This document shows, piece after piece, positions 1 to 8,966 of a stretch of 64,000 nt of DNA. Positions within the stretch are counted from its first letter, which is position 1, and every line of letters begins with the position of its first letter. The notes beneath the pieces were generated by a model. The model did not search any database. It had not been told where the DNA came from and saw nothing but the letters and a program-made list of their open reading frames with translations. The DNA comes from an uncultured Nitrospiraceae bacterium. GTDB lineage: Bacteria > Hydrogenedentota > Hydrogenedentia > Hydrogenedentales > SLHB01. The stretch spans positions 121-64,120 of the forward strand of contig CAZBQH010000425.1 in NCBI GenBank assembly GCA_964493915.1, written 5' to 3'. The translations under genes were made by a program, and so were the position numbers.

Positions 1-370
1 ACTACTTCAACCCATTCTGACCCGCTGCCTGTTCGACGCCGCGACCCCGTCTGTTAGGCGTGCAGTACGCACCGGAGCGCGCTGAGCACACGAAAAACCG
101 GGGGTTATGCTTCCAAAGGTCTGCAAAAAAGCGGCATGATGGAGACTTCGAATTCGAAACTAACAAATAGGAACGAGAAGACGCCCTGCCGCCGTCTCCA
201 GAATCTGAGAAGCGCAACTCCCCATCGCGCGCCAGGCCATGAGACCTCCCAGGGTAAGACGCTATTCTGTCCGCCGGGCCTCGCCGGGTTTGCCAAGATG
301 TGTGTCCGAATGGCTATCGGCTGTGGCCGTCCATGGCAGGTCTGCCCCACCACCCCGGCTTTATATCCGG

Positions 371-527
371 TTTCCGTTCGGGACGTCCGGGTTTTAGACC
401 CTGACGTCCTGCCCACGATGTCTCGCGCGACCGCAGTTGTCTTTGCCTCGCCCTTCCCCCTACCAGCTCCTGCAGAGGACTTGCACCCCATAACCACAGC
501 GCCACCCTGGCACGCAGATAGCAAAGG
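371..527. repeat. Copy 1 of a ~160-nt structured repeat. It contains hairpins GGACGTCC-N14-GACGTCC and GTCCT-GCAG-AGGAC. Its second copy is at 2520-2686.
   Basis: Direct comparison of the two regions gives about 85% identity over about 160 nt, and the palindromic stems are conserved in both copies. Confidence 0.6.
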
Positions 528-545
528 GGCCCATATCGGGCCCCT
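525..545 (-). terminator. GC-rich hairpin (AGGGGCCC-N5-GGGCCCCT) immediately downstream of the BNR gene. It is a possible terminator with a weak U-tract.
   Basis: An inverted repeat is visible in the sequence, positioned 40 nt after the stop of the minus-strand CDS. Confidence 0.35.
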
Positions 546-582
546 TTCACAGACAAACCTATCCGTTTGTTATATCGACTTG

Positions 583-2298
583 TTACCTTCGCCTGATGCG
601 ACGCCTCGCCGCAGCGCCCAGCACACCAGCCAGCATCAGCAAACCACCCACGCCTGCGACTGGCAAGCCTTCGGGCTCCTCGTGTTCCGGCCACGTATCC
701 GGGTTGGTCGGGTCGGCGCCTATGTCATACGCGTCGCCCAGTGTAAAGCCCGTCACCGGATCCAAAACGGTCTCTCGGAGGCCACTGATGGTCGGGTCGT
801 AACCGTACTGGTGGTACCAGCTGTTGGGGATGCCGTCGCCGTTGTAGTCCGAATCCGGGTCCTGGTAGGCGTCCACGCCCTCGAGCCCATTGATGACGCC
901 GTCGTCGTCGTTGTCGGCCCCGTAGGGCAGAATGGCATACCAAGCGTTACGGTCGGAATTACTTCCGGGCATTGCCACGGCCGCGTTCTGGTTATACCAA
1001 ACCACCATGGCCTGGCCGTCTCCGCCGAAAGCGATACGGGGCTCGCGGTCCGATGCGACCTCTCCCGGGGTGTCCCCATATTCGTTCACCAGGGCCGCGG
1101 TCCCCCAAGTCTCGCCGTTGTCGTTGGAGAACGCGACAAAGACGTCACGCTCAGCGCTCTCAGCACCCAGATAGTCGGCCTCAGATGACCAAGTGCAAGC
1201 CCAAGTGCCCCCTGCCCCCATACCTGCGGTCTCGGCGGCGCCGCCGTCCCAGAAAGCCAAAGCAGGCCGCAGCGTGTTGGCCGCTGACCCCGTCGACTGG
1301 CTGACCAGCACAGGATCGGACCATGTGGCGCCGTCGTCGGCTGATGTGGCACTGTAGATGTCGGTTTCGGTCGTCCAGACGACCATCCAGGTGTTGTCTA
1401 CACTGTTGTAGCCCACATAGGGGTCCTTGTCAACGACCGTGTCGCCAGCAAAAGTGGTGTTGACGTAAGAGATGTCATTGAAGCCACTGCCGTCCAACAC
1501 CCACGACCGGCATCCGATATCGAGATCGGAACCGGCTGTGCCCGTGAAATCATTCGCCGTTGACCATACAAACATAAACCTCTGGTTGCCGTAGGCCCCA
1601 CTGATTGGCGGGTAGTCTCCCGCGAGATTGGATTCATCGGGAACAAAAGGACCCAGCGCGTCTACTGGATACCAATTCGCCCCATCGTCCTCCGATGCGG
1701 TGTAGCGGACGTCCCTGTCCCCGCCGACTGGGTCTTTGGCCGTATTCCAAACAACGGCCCATATTTCCTGGCCTGGCTGACCGACTACCCGAGGATTGTA
1801 GTCCGTGCCGATTGGGGTGTCGGCCGTCAGATTCACCGGATCCGACCACGTCGCACCGTCGTCCGAGGAAACCACGACGCCTATGTCACGCCGAGCCGAC
1901 TCATCGGTGAAATGGCTACGGGACATCCACGTGAGCACCCAGACGCCGTCCGAGTAGGCGATGTCTGGCTGACCGCCGTTGGCGCGGTTCACATTGGCTT
2001 GGTTGTAGACCTTTGCCATCACTTCAGGACCCCAGGTGGCGCCGTTGTCCGTCGAGGTGCGCGTGATCATGTTGCGCCCACCCCCCTCGGCGCCCTGAGC
2101 CCATGCCGCTATCCATGTCCCAGCCCCATTCGTGGCGACGCTTGGTTCACGGTTCTGGACCGTCACGCCTTCCACAAAGGCATCCAGGTTCAGGTTTACT
2201 GTGCCCAGTACCGGGGGCGGACTGGATTGTGCCCCGGCGGACATGGCGACAAGCATGACTGCCAGGATCATTACGGATGCTAAGTAACTGCGATACAT
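583..2298 (-). CDS. Secreted BNR/Asp-box repeat protein, sialidase- or glycosyl-hydrolase-like, with a Ca-binding D-x-D-x-D-G stretch and a C-terminal PEP-CTERM-like anchor.
   Basis: At least five S-x-D-x-G-x-T-W Asp-box motifs are present (STDNGATWG, SSDDGATWSD, SEDDGANWY, SADDGATWSD, SNDNGETWG). An N-terminal signal peptide reads MYRSYLASVMILAVMLVAMSAGAQS. The C-terminus reads EPEGLPVAGVGGLLMLAGVLGAAARRRIRRR. GGAGGAG lies 8 nt upstream of the ATG at 2298, and the in-frame upstream extension to 2400 has no RBS. Confidence 0.8.
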   Translation of the reverse strand: MYRSYLASVMILAVMLVAMSAGAQSSPPPVLGTVNLNLDAFVEGVTVQNREPSVATNGAGTWIAAWAQGAEGGGRNMITRTSTDNGATWGPEVMAKVYNQANVNRANGGQPDIAYSDGVWVLTWMSRSHFTDESARRDIGVVVSSDDGATWSDPVNLTADTPIGTDYNPRVVGQPGQEIWAVVWNTAKDPVGGDRDVRYTASEDDGANWYPVDALGPFVPDESNLAGDYPPISGAYGNQRFMFVWSTANDFTGTAGSDLDIGCRSWVLDGSGFNDISYVNTTFAGDTVVDKDPYVGYNSVDNTWMVVWTTETDIYSATSADDGATWSDPVLVSQSTGSAANTLRPALAFWDGGAAETAGMGAGGTWACTWSSEADYLGAESAERDVFVAFSNDNGETWGTAALVNEYGDTPGEVASDREPRIAFGGDGQAMVVWYNQNAAVAMPGSNSDRNAWYAILPYGADNDDDGVINGLEGVDAYQDPDSDYNGDGIPNSWYHQYGYDPTISGLRETVLDPVTGFTLGDAYDIGADPTNPDTWPEHEEPEGLPVAGVGGLLMLAGVLGAAARRRIRRR

Positions 2299-2519
2299 TT
2301 TTTTCTCCTCCTCTTGCGTCCACAAAGACCACAAACCTCCGCGCTTCGAGTCGTCCTGCAACTCGGATAGGGTGGGCAACCAGAATACAAGAAATCGCAA
2401 CTAGCTTTCGGAAACAGCTTCACCGAACCCAGAACTACTCTCTGCAGCCGACGACCCGTCACGGTTTATTATCACTATAAGGTAAGGCCCGCGGCAAGTC
2501 AAGGCATATTTTCGGGCAA

Positions 2520-2686
2520 GCTGTGTGCGTTTCTGTTCCGGACGTCCGGGTTTTAGGCCCTGACGTCCTCCCCACGATGTCTCGCGTGACCGCAGTTGTC
2601 TTTGCCTCGCACTTCCCCCTACGAGGTCCTGCAGAGGACTTGCACTTCATAAGAACAGCACCATGCCTGGTACGCAATTGAAAGGG
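2520..2686. repeat. Copy 2 of the ~160-nt structured repeat. It abuts the left att-like direct repeat and lies in the 5' region of the BNR gene.
   Basis: The region aligns to 371-527. Confidence 0.6.
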
Positions 2687-2768
2687 CTTACGATTACTCG
2701 TAAGCCCTTGATATCATTGGTGAACGGGGCGGGGCTCGAACCCGCGGCCACCGGATTAAAAGTTCGAT
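2679..2768. repeat. Left copy of a 90-bp direct repeat (attL/attR-type). It contains the 3' 51 nt of tRNA-Lys(UUU) (2718-2768 on the minus strand, anticodon loop to CCA) plus the terminator hairpin.
   Basis: 89/90 nt are identical to 33177-33265. The tRNA homology stops inside the anticodon stem. Confidence 0.85.
2684..2710 (-). terminator. Perfect hairpin GGGCTTACGA-N-TCGTAAGCCC followed by a T-run on the minus strand. It is a copy of the tRNA-Lys terminator.
   Basis: An inverted repeat plus a U-tract is present. It is identical, except for one loop base, to the hairpin at 33181-33204. Confidence 0.5.
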
Positions 2769-2983
2769 CTTTCGTAACGCAATATACTGCAACCGGTTGC
2801 AACGCAATGATCGGCTCTGCAGGCAGCTGCAATATCCTGCAGCCAATTACCAAAGTGTGTTGTACAAAGTGTTGTACAGACCCGACGGAGGGGCGGTTGT
2901 CGGACAAATATCACGTATTCGCGATGTGGCTCGATTTTGCGGGAAATTATGGGGATTTTCTTGAGACACTATCGCCGTGATTA

Positions 2984-3010
2984 CCGGGGGCGGGATTCGA
3001 ACCTGCGACC
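2984..3010. repeat. A 27-nt motif resembling a tRNA 3' end (reverse complement GGTCGCAGGTTCGAATCCCGCCCCCGG). Its second copy is at 32764-32790.
   Basis: 25/27 nt match between the two copies. It is a T-arm plus acceptor-like sequence. The pair is nested inside the tRNA-Lys direct repeats. Confidence 0.55.
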
Positions 3011-3071
3011 TTATGGGTTATGACCGCGGATGAGTTTTCAGGAACGACAGTGCGCGAATCCAGCAAATCGG

Positions 3072-6041
3072 CTACTTCCCACTCTTTCTGCCGCGCTTCT
3101 TGGTCGCGCGTGCTTTTCTTGGCAACCGGAAGATTTCGAGTTCTGCCTTGGCGAGGAGTTCAGGCCAAAGGTGAACGGCTTCACGATCGTATTTTCGCAC
3201 AGATTCGGGTAGGTTTTCCCAACTCACGATGTAGGGCGAAATCCTGTTCTTAACGCTTTTCTCCCTCCCATAGGTCCAGCCGGAAGCGATGCGTTCCAGT
3301 ACCCAGCGGCCGTGCTCCATCTCAGCCATGCGCTCAATCTCCTTTTTGGTGAACGCGGGATTGTTAGGTGGCAGGCCCGCCGGGCGGATCGCGAAGTTGT
3401 TTGCGCGCAAGATATCCTCGAGGTATTCGATCTGATTACGGTTGAATTCTCGCAGGTCTTCGCGAAGCTTTGCCCACGGCTGCATAACCGGATCGGGATG
3501 GCTGTAGCGCTGCTGATCAAGGAAGTCCTCATGTATTTGCCTGGCTGCAGTCATGACGATTTTCGGCGATAGTGTCGTGGAATCGCCAACGCCAAAATGT
3601 AGGAACGCGCGAACGGTCATGGGGTCTTTGGGCAGGACAAACAGATTGGGTGTCCTATCGGGCGGCCAATCCTGAATAAGCCGCTCGGCTTCGCGGCCGC
3701 TGTTCTTAAGCAAGCCCACCCGCGCGCCCAAGGCCAGTGCAAATCTGTATTCCAGGCCCGCGATGAGTCCGCCGTTGATTCCCAGCAACCGGACATCGGC
3801 GGGTGTGACGCCTGTGGCCAGAAGGTCCAGCCACACCTGAACCGCCTCAGTGGGGCTGAAGAACCGTTTGCTGTCTGTTTTGCGCAGTTCTTTGTATCGG
3901 TCGTCTCGCGTGGCGGTGTTATCTGTTGGCAATTGGGGCGGAAGATAACCGATCGCGTGGATACGGCCTTTGGACTTCTGCGCTATCTCGCCGACCAACC
4001 CGCTGACCCCTTGCTCCGTGCCTCCGGAAATCACCACACCCTCGAAATCGGCGAAGGCCGCATGCAGCAACTCCCGATACGTCTCCATGTTTAATTCGAT
4101 GCACGGGTCGCAACCGCCGGCGACGATGACAAAAGGCCCGTTATGCTGGATAGGTTTCGCAGCTGGGAATGTGACATTTTCCGGCATGGGGATTTCCAGG
4201 AATCGAGAGCGCAAGGCCGCCGCGAGGAATCGCAAGGCGCATTCCAAATCCTGCCGATGGGGTTCATATCCTGCCAACAGGGACGCATCGCAGAGCGCAC
4301 TCACAAGTGCATCCGGCGAACGCGTCTCGCGCACAGCTTGGGCAAAGGTAGCGAGGCTCTCCCATTCCTTGTCGGCGCCAAGCAGTTGCAAGAATCCCGC
4401 GATTCGATACCGCGCGCGGGGCAGGTCGGCCTGGGCTGCAGCCAGTTCGCCGCACCGCCGAATGGCCGTCTGAATCGCAGGCCGCGCAATCGAGACGAAT
4501 TCAGGATCCCTTGCGGTCAGTGCCTTTTGACGAATCACACCGCTGAGCGCCGCCGGATTGCCGGGCTCAGCTTCGAAAGCCTTGAGATAGTGCTTGAGGG
4601 CGCCAAGGTTGCGCCTCTGCTCCGCCAGGGAATCGGCCAGCAGCAGCCTCGGCTCCGCAATGCGCGGAGATATTTGTGCTGCCTCTTCCATTTTCTGCCA
4701 TGCTGCTTTCCGTTTGGCGTCGTTTCTGGCCAGCTTATACATAGCATAACCGCCCAATGCCATAATCATTGGTTTTTTTGATGTATCTATGTTCTTATCT
4801 TTGGCCACTTGGACGACTTCCTGCCAGTCCTCGATCTCCGCTGCCAAGCGGGCGTGGCGCAGCGCCAGATCAAGATCCTTCGGGACGTGCCTGCGGATTA
4901 CGCGCGTCAATTCGATGCACTTGCGCGCGCTGTCGCTGTCCGCGCAGCGCGGCTGATGCGCCTCGTAGAAGGAGATCCCCTCGACCAAACGCTGGAACTC
5001 TTCGTCCGCTGCCTCGAGCAACGCTGCCACGCGGTTGGCCTCACGCTTCCAGTAGTCCGAAATCTCGCATGCCCCTTTGTAGAGCCGGTCGTGGCCGATG
5101 TCCGACCAGGCGTGCTGGGCGATAGTGCGCACTTGAATTTCTGCCTTGAGCCCCATCAATCCGGGCGGGATCTTCACTCCCGCCGGCTTGTTCTTAATGA
5201 TCTGCACGATGTAATGCACCGAGCGATAACCGAACTTGTCGGGACCTAGGCGCGAAAGCATATCCAGGCTGTTAGCTTCGTCAATGTGGAATATCTCGCG
5301 GATAATGCGCTCGACAGCCTCGACTTCGGACGGTAAATGAACGACCACGCGAAGGCCGGCGAGATCGGTCTGTTGATGGACGGGGTCGGTATATTTGTTT
5401 TTCTTGACGGTTTTATCCGCGAAGCTAACCAGCCCCTTGGCTCGGCCCCCGATGGTCGCCAGGGGGAATTGCGGTTTGATGGCCGTTTCGAGAACGCCGA
5501 TCAGAAAGTCCTTCAGCTGTTTGTGCTTCGGCAATGCCCTTACGAAGTCCTTAAGAAATCCGTCGAGTTTCTCGGGTGTTACCAAGGCCTCAGGAGGGCG
5601 CGGCGGTGCCGGTGGCTGTTGCGACTCGATGAATTGTTTGAAGTGGCGGCCCACGCCGCGGAACTGCGGCGAGAAATCAATGTCCTCGAGATCGCTGGGC
5701 GCTACCCACTGAAATTCGTCGTGCTCTTCGCTCAACCGGACCTTGCCCGGCTCCGCCTGCGCCAACATCACCAGGTAGACCACCTGCCGGTCGGGGAGAT
5801 CGGACATGGCGGTCTCAAACGGGCGGATCAGCCGGATGGTCAGGCCGGTTTCTTCGCGTACTTCGCGAGCAAGCGCCACATCGAAACTCTCGTCCGGATC
5901 AATCTTGCCGCCCGGCATTTCCCATTTTCCGGCGTTGTCCTTCGAAGCTGCCGAACGCCGCAGCAGCAGACACCGCCCCTCTGTGTCGAGCAATAGCGCC
6001 TTCAGAGACAACGATTGGGGTTTCGGAGTGATTGTGGACAT
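3072..6041 (-). CDS. A 989-aa multidomain protein made of four parts: an N-terminal Nudix hydrolase, a RelA/SpoT-family nucleotidyltransferase (synthetase-type), an alpha-helical TPR-like repeat region, and a SLOG/LOG-like Rossmannoid domain followed by a C-terminal RyR (Ry) domain.
   Basis: The Nudix box reads GGKIDPDESFDVALAREVREETGL. The RSH synthetase motifs are DLAGLRVVV, GYRSVHYIV and EIQVRTIAQHAWSDIGHDRLYK. The SLOG/LOG-like motifs are VIVAGGCDPC and VVISGGTEQGVSGLVGE. The RyR-like stretch reads EIERMAEMEHGRWVLERIASGWTYG...PYIVSWENLPESVRKYDREAV. Confidence 0.7.
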   Translation of the reverse strand: MSTITPKPQSLSLKALLLDTEGRCLLLRRSAASKDNAGKWEMPGGKIDPDESFDVALAREVREETGLTIRLIRPFETAMSDLPDRQVVYLVMLAQAEPGKVRLSEEHDEFQWVAPSDLEDIDFSPQFRGVGRHFKQFIESQQPPAPPRPPEALVTPEKLDGFLKDFVRALPKHKQLKDFLIGVLETAIKPQFPLATIGGRAKGLVSFADKTVKKNKYTDPVHQQTDLAGLRVVVHLPSEVEAVERIIREIFHIDEANSLDMLSRLGPDKFGYRSVHYIVQIIKNKPAGVKIPPGLMGLKAEIQVRTIAQHAWSDIGHDRLYKGACEISDYWKREANRVAALLEAADEEFQRLVEGISFYEAHQPRCADSDSARKCIELTRVIRRHVPKDLDLALRHARLAAEIEDWQEVVQVAKDKNIDTSKKPMIMALGGYAMYKLARNDAKRKAAWQKMEEAAQISPRIAEPRLLLADSLAEQRRNLGALKHYLKAFEAEPGNPAALSGVIRQKALTARDPEFVSIARPAIQTAIRRCGELAAAQADLPRARYRIAGFLQLLGADKEWESLATFAQAVRETRSPDALVSALCDASLLAGYEPHRQDLECALRFLAAALRSRFLEIPMPENVTFPAAKPIQHNGPFVIVAGGCDPCIELNMETYRELLHAAFADFEGVVISGGTEQGVSGLVGEIAQKSKGRIHAIGYLPPQLPTDNTATRDDRYKELRKTDSKRFFSPTEAVQVWLDLLATGVTPADVRLLGINGGLIAGLEYRFALALGARVGLLKNSGREAERLIQDWPPDRTPNLFVLPKDPMTVRAFLHFGVGDSTTLSPKIVMTAARQIHEDFLDQQRYSHPDPVMQPWAKLREDLREFNRNQIEYLEDILRANNFAIRPAGLPPNNPAFTKKEIERMAEMEHGRWVLERIASGWTYGREKSVKNRISPYIVSWENLPESVRKYDREAVHLWPELLAKAELEIFRLPRKARATKKRGRKSGK

Positions 6042-6553
6042 CAGACTTGCTCCCTAGGTTCCACACCTTACCGGACCGGCGGAAGCGGCAAGGGGTCCTC
6101 CCCCCAAGCTCCGCCTTTGAAAGCTTCCGAAAAAACTGTTCAGGGCCGTGCCGCTTGCGGTTTGCCATTCCGAGGCTCCTTTGTCTGCCGTCGCCGGGTT
6201 GGGACTCTCACAATCCACGGACCAGCTTACAGGGATCAGGGCAGAAGAAGTACCCTAATGCTCCGAATAGTAGCACAGAAGCGTACCCAAATACTGAATT
6301 TCCGAAATCGCTGGATAGCATCCATTCGTGGCGCGCAACGAAAGCCAAGGCGCGCCGTTCCGCGCAAGAGGCTTGCATCCAGTGGGTGAGTGCGCGCCTT
6401 GGCGGAACACGCCTGTCAGCAAGGACTTCGAGCGCGTCACAACCCGCCTACCCGGCGGTCGAGGAATTTGTAGAGACGGTCGGCATGTCCGTATACTCGA
6501 TACTGGCAAGATAAGATTTGCGAAAGGATGCGAGTCTTGAAGAGGTGGAAACC

Positions 6554-8221
6554 ATGGTAAGGCGGCTTGTGAAGAAATGGATGGCACATACTCTTGCGGC
6601 AGTTTGGGCGTTGTTGCTGTTTTCGGCGTGTCCACTCTCGCAGCAGGCAGGGACGGAGTTTGTGACGACAACCGCCGATTGGCTTCCCCAAGATTACGTG
6701 GATAGCCGCGGAATCGTCTCTGTTGCCAATGCGAATGGACGCTTGGTGCTTGAGGCCGACATGAAGGGCCAGGATCCGGAACGCTCGAGCGGGGAGATAT
6801 TGTTGGATCTGCGGTATTATCCGGGCCTTGAAAGCCAGGTTCCGCTGGACCTCAGTGACGAGGCAGTCACGGTGCAGCTTTGGGTTCCCGCCACATTTGC
6901 CGGTCCCACAAACGCACCAAACGGCATACAAGTTTTTGTGAAGGACGCGCAATGGGGCACGTGTTATTCAAAGTGGGTCAATGTAACGCGCGGCGGGAAT
7001 TACCGGATCAGTATGCGTCCTGGCGAGGGGGACGAGAATATCGTTACACCGGGCTTCGGTCCCACCCGAGTGCGGACGCTTGGCGTCAAGTTCGGCATGA
7101 ACGCGCGGAACAGGGATCTATTTTGTGGCACCATTATTGTCACCAGCATCACGATAACGCCTCCGGTGACGTTTTCCCCGCCGCCGGACCTCCCCGCACA
7201 GCCCCCGGCGCCCCTCTCCGCGACCGAACGGTTTGAACTCAGAGAAGATGGATTTTACCGTGAAGGACAACGGCGGTTTCTGGTGGGCGCCAATTGGCAG
7301 CCGATCGCCTATGGCCAGAACTTTGGCGCTACCGCGTGGTTCCCCTTGGGTAACGGCATATCCCGGCGGACAGGGTTTGTCCGCACGAATCTGGATTACG
7401 CCGCGCGGGCCGGCGTCCACGTTGTCCGCGTGGGACTCCTGGACGATGGCCGGGCAGCCCTGGATGCCGACGCGCGCGTGGTTGGGTGTTCCGAGTTGTT
7501 CCGCCAAGATGTGCAAGCGCTGCTGGACATGGCCAGGGACTTGGGATGCCGCATCGAATTCGTCCTGATGGATTACCAGATTGCCGGACAACCGGAGGTG
7601 GTGGATGGCGTTCTTCTACGCGGAAGAAGCCAACTGCTCCACGACGCTGAAACCAGAGCAGCCTTTATCGCCGAGTTTCTGGAACCGTTCCTGGATGATT
7701 TCGGGACCCATCCCGGCCTGTTCGGAATTGACCTCATCAACGAGCCGGAATGGCTGGTGAGCCACACGGATGGGGGCGCTTGGGAAGATGCAGACGACCC
7801 CTCGACCAAACCATCTTCTCCCATACCCGGCGCCGATCTGGCCGCCTTCATCGCCGCCAGCGCTGACACAATCCACGCGCGCGCTCCCCATCTGTTTGTG
7901 ACGGTTGGCGTATCCGCCCCGTTCATCGGCCTGGTCGAGGATGCCGGGCTCGACTATCTCGCCGTCCACCATTACCCCTGGATGGGTGATTTCCCGGACG
8001 CGTTGCCGCCGCTCTCATCGGGCATACCGTGGATGCTCGAGGAATACCCCACCCGATCAACACCCCTGACAGTGACCGAATACCTCGATGGCGCTGTGTC
8101 TGCGGGCGCCGTCGGCGCGATGCTCTGGAACCTGACCCCTGAACTCGATGAATATGCCTTTACCCATGCTGAGAGAAATCCCTTGGTGGAGACCTTGCGG
8201 TACTGGGTCGAAAACCTATAG
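6554..8221 (+). CDS. Secreted lipoprotein-type glycoside hydrolase of clan GH-A (GH5-like). It has an N-terminal beta-sandwich or CBM-like domain.
   Basis: The signal and lipobox read AVWALLLFSAC. The NEP acid/base motif reads DLINEPEW. The nucleophile-like motif reads TVTEYLDG. The RBS GAGGTGG lies before the ATG at 6554. Confidence 0.65.
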   Translation: MVRRLVKKWMAHTLAAVWALLLFSACPLSQQAGTEFVTTTADWLPQDYVDSRGIVSVANANGRLVLEADMKGQDPERSSGEILLDLRYYPGLESQVPLDLSDEAVTVQLWVPATFAGPTNAPNGIQVFVKDAQWGTCYSKWVNVTRGGNYRISMRPGEGDENIVTPGFGPTRVRTLGVKFGMNARNRDLFCGTIIVTSITITPPVTFSPPPDLPAQPPAPLSATERFELREDGFYREGQRRFLVGANWQPIAYGQNFGATAWFPLGNGISRRTGFVRTNLDYAARAGVHVVRVGLLDDGRAALDADARVVGCSELFRQDVQALLDMARDLGCRIEFVLMDYQIAGQPEVVDGVLLRGRSQLLHDAETRAAFIAEFLEPFLDDFGTHPGLFGIDLINEPEWLVSHTDGGAWEDADDPSTKPSSPIPGADLAAFIAASADTIHARAPHLFVTVGVSAPFIGLVEDAGLDYLAVHHYPWMGDFPDALPPLSSGIPWMLEEYPTRSTPLTVTEYLDGAVSAGAVGAMLWNLTPELDEYAFTHAERNPLVETLRYWVENL

Positions 8222-8950
8222 GCCTCGATATTCGGCGCTATAGGCAGAGTCTTCGTCGGGTGGCCGTATTCCAACCGCAATGATGACCACCTCTATCTCC
8301 GAACGCTCCTCATCCTCCACGATGGTACCGATGATGATTCGAGTGTTACGCTCGACGCTTGATGTGACCTGGGCATGGACTTCCGATACTTCGCGCATCA
8401 GCAGGTCGCTCCCACCACGCACACTGATGATGACGCAGAAGGCGCGGGAGATGTCCGTGTGATCGAGGAGCGGGCAGGTCAGGGCGTTTTTGGCGGCGCG
8501 GGTTGCTCGTTCTGCGCCACCAGATACCCCTATACCCATCACGGCGCGGCCGCGTCCCCTCAACATGTTGCAGACATCAGGAATATCCAGGCCTATCAGA
8601 CCGCGGTTGGAAAACGCGTCGGCAACAGCGCGAATGCCTGTGTGAAGCACTTCATCACTCATGTGAAACGCTTCCCCCAGACTCACCCGGCTATCCGTCA
8701 GTTCAGCCACCCGGCCGTCGGGAATCGCAATCAACACATCGGCATGTTCGCCGAGCGCATGCAGGCCGTCAAGTGCTTGGTCCATGCGTGGTTTTCCCTC
8801 AAAGTGGAACGGCAGGGTCGCAAAGGCCATCACGAGCGCGCCAGCAGCAGCAGCTTCTTCGGCGATGACCGGCGAAGCCCCGCTGCCCGTGCCGCCACCC
8901 AGTCCCAGCGCCAGGAACACGATGTCCGCGCCCTGAGTCATGTCACGCAA
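8216..8950 (-). pseudogene. ftsZ: FtsZ-like protein lacking the N-terminal 90 to 100 residues. It begins just before the tubulin signature GGGTGSG. It has a TTG start and sits 17 nt downstream of the NACHT gene stop.
   Basis: The FtsZ core motifs are present: [20 protein letters not shown], a T7-like GLIGLDIPDV, and MGIGVSGG...RA..AA. The reading frame is closed by a stop at 9017-9019, so there is no room for the missing N-terminus. Confidence 0.55.
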
Positions 8951-8966
8951 GCGATCCCGATAGTCC

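Noticed and set aside
136-1188. A 350-aa + strand ORF, together with other ORFs at 105-524, 314-694, 753-1079 and 972-1304.
   Set aside because: These ORFs are Arg/Pro/Ala-rich translations overlapping the well-supported BNR-repeat gene on the opposite strand. They are typical high-GC shadow ORFs.
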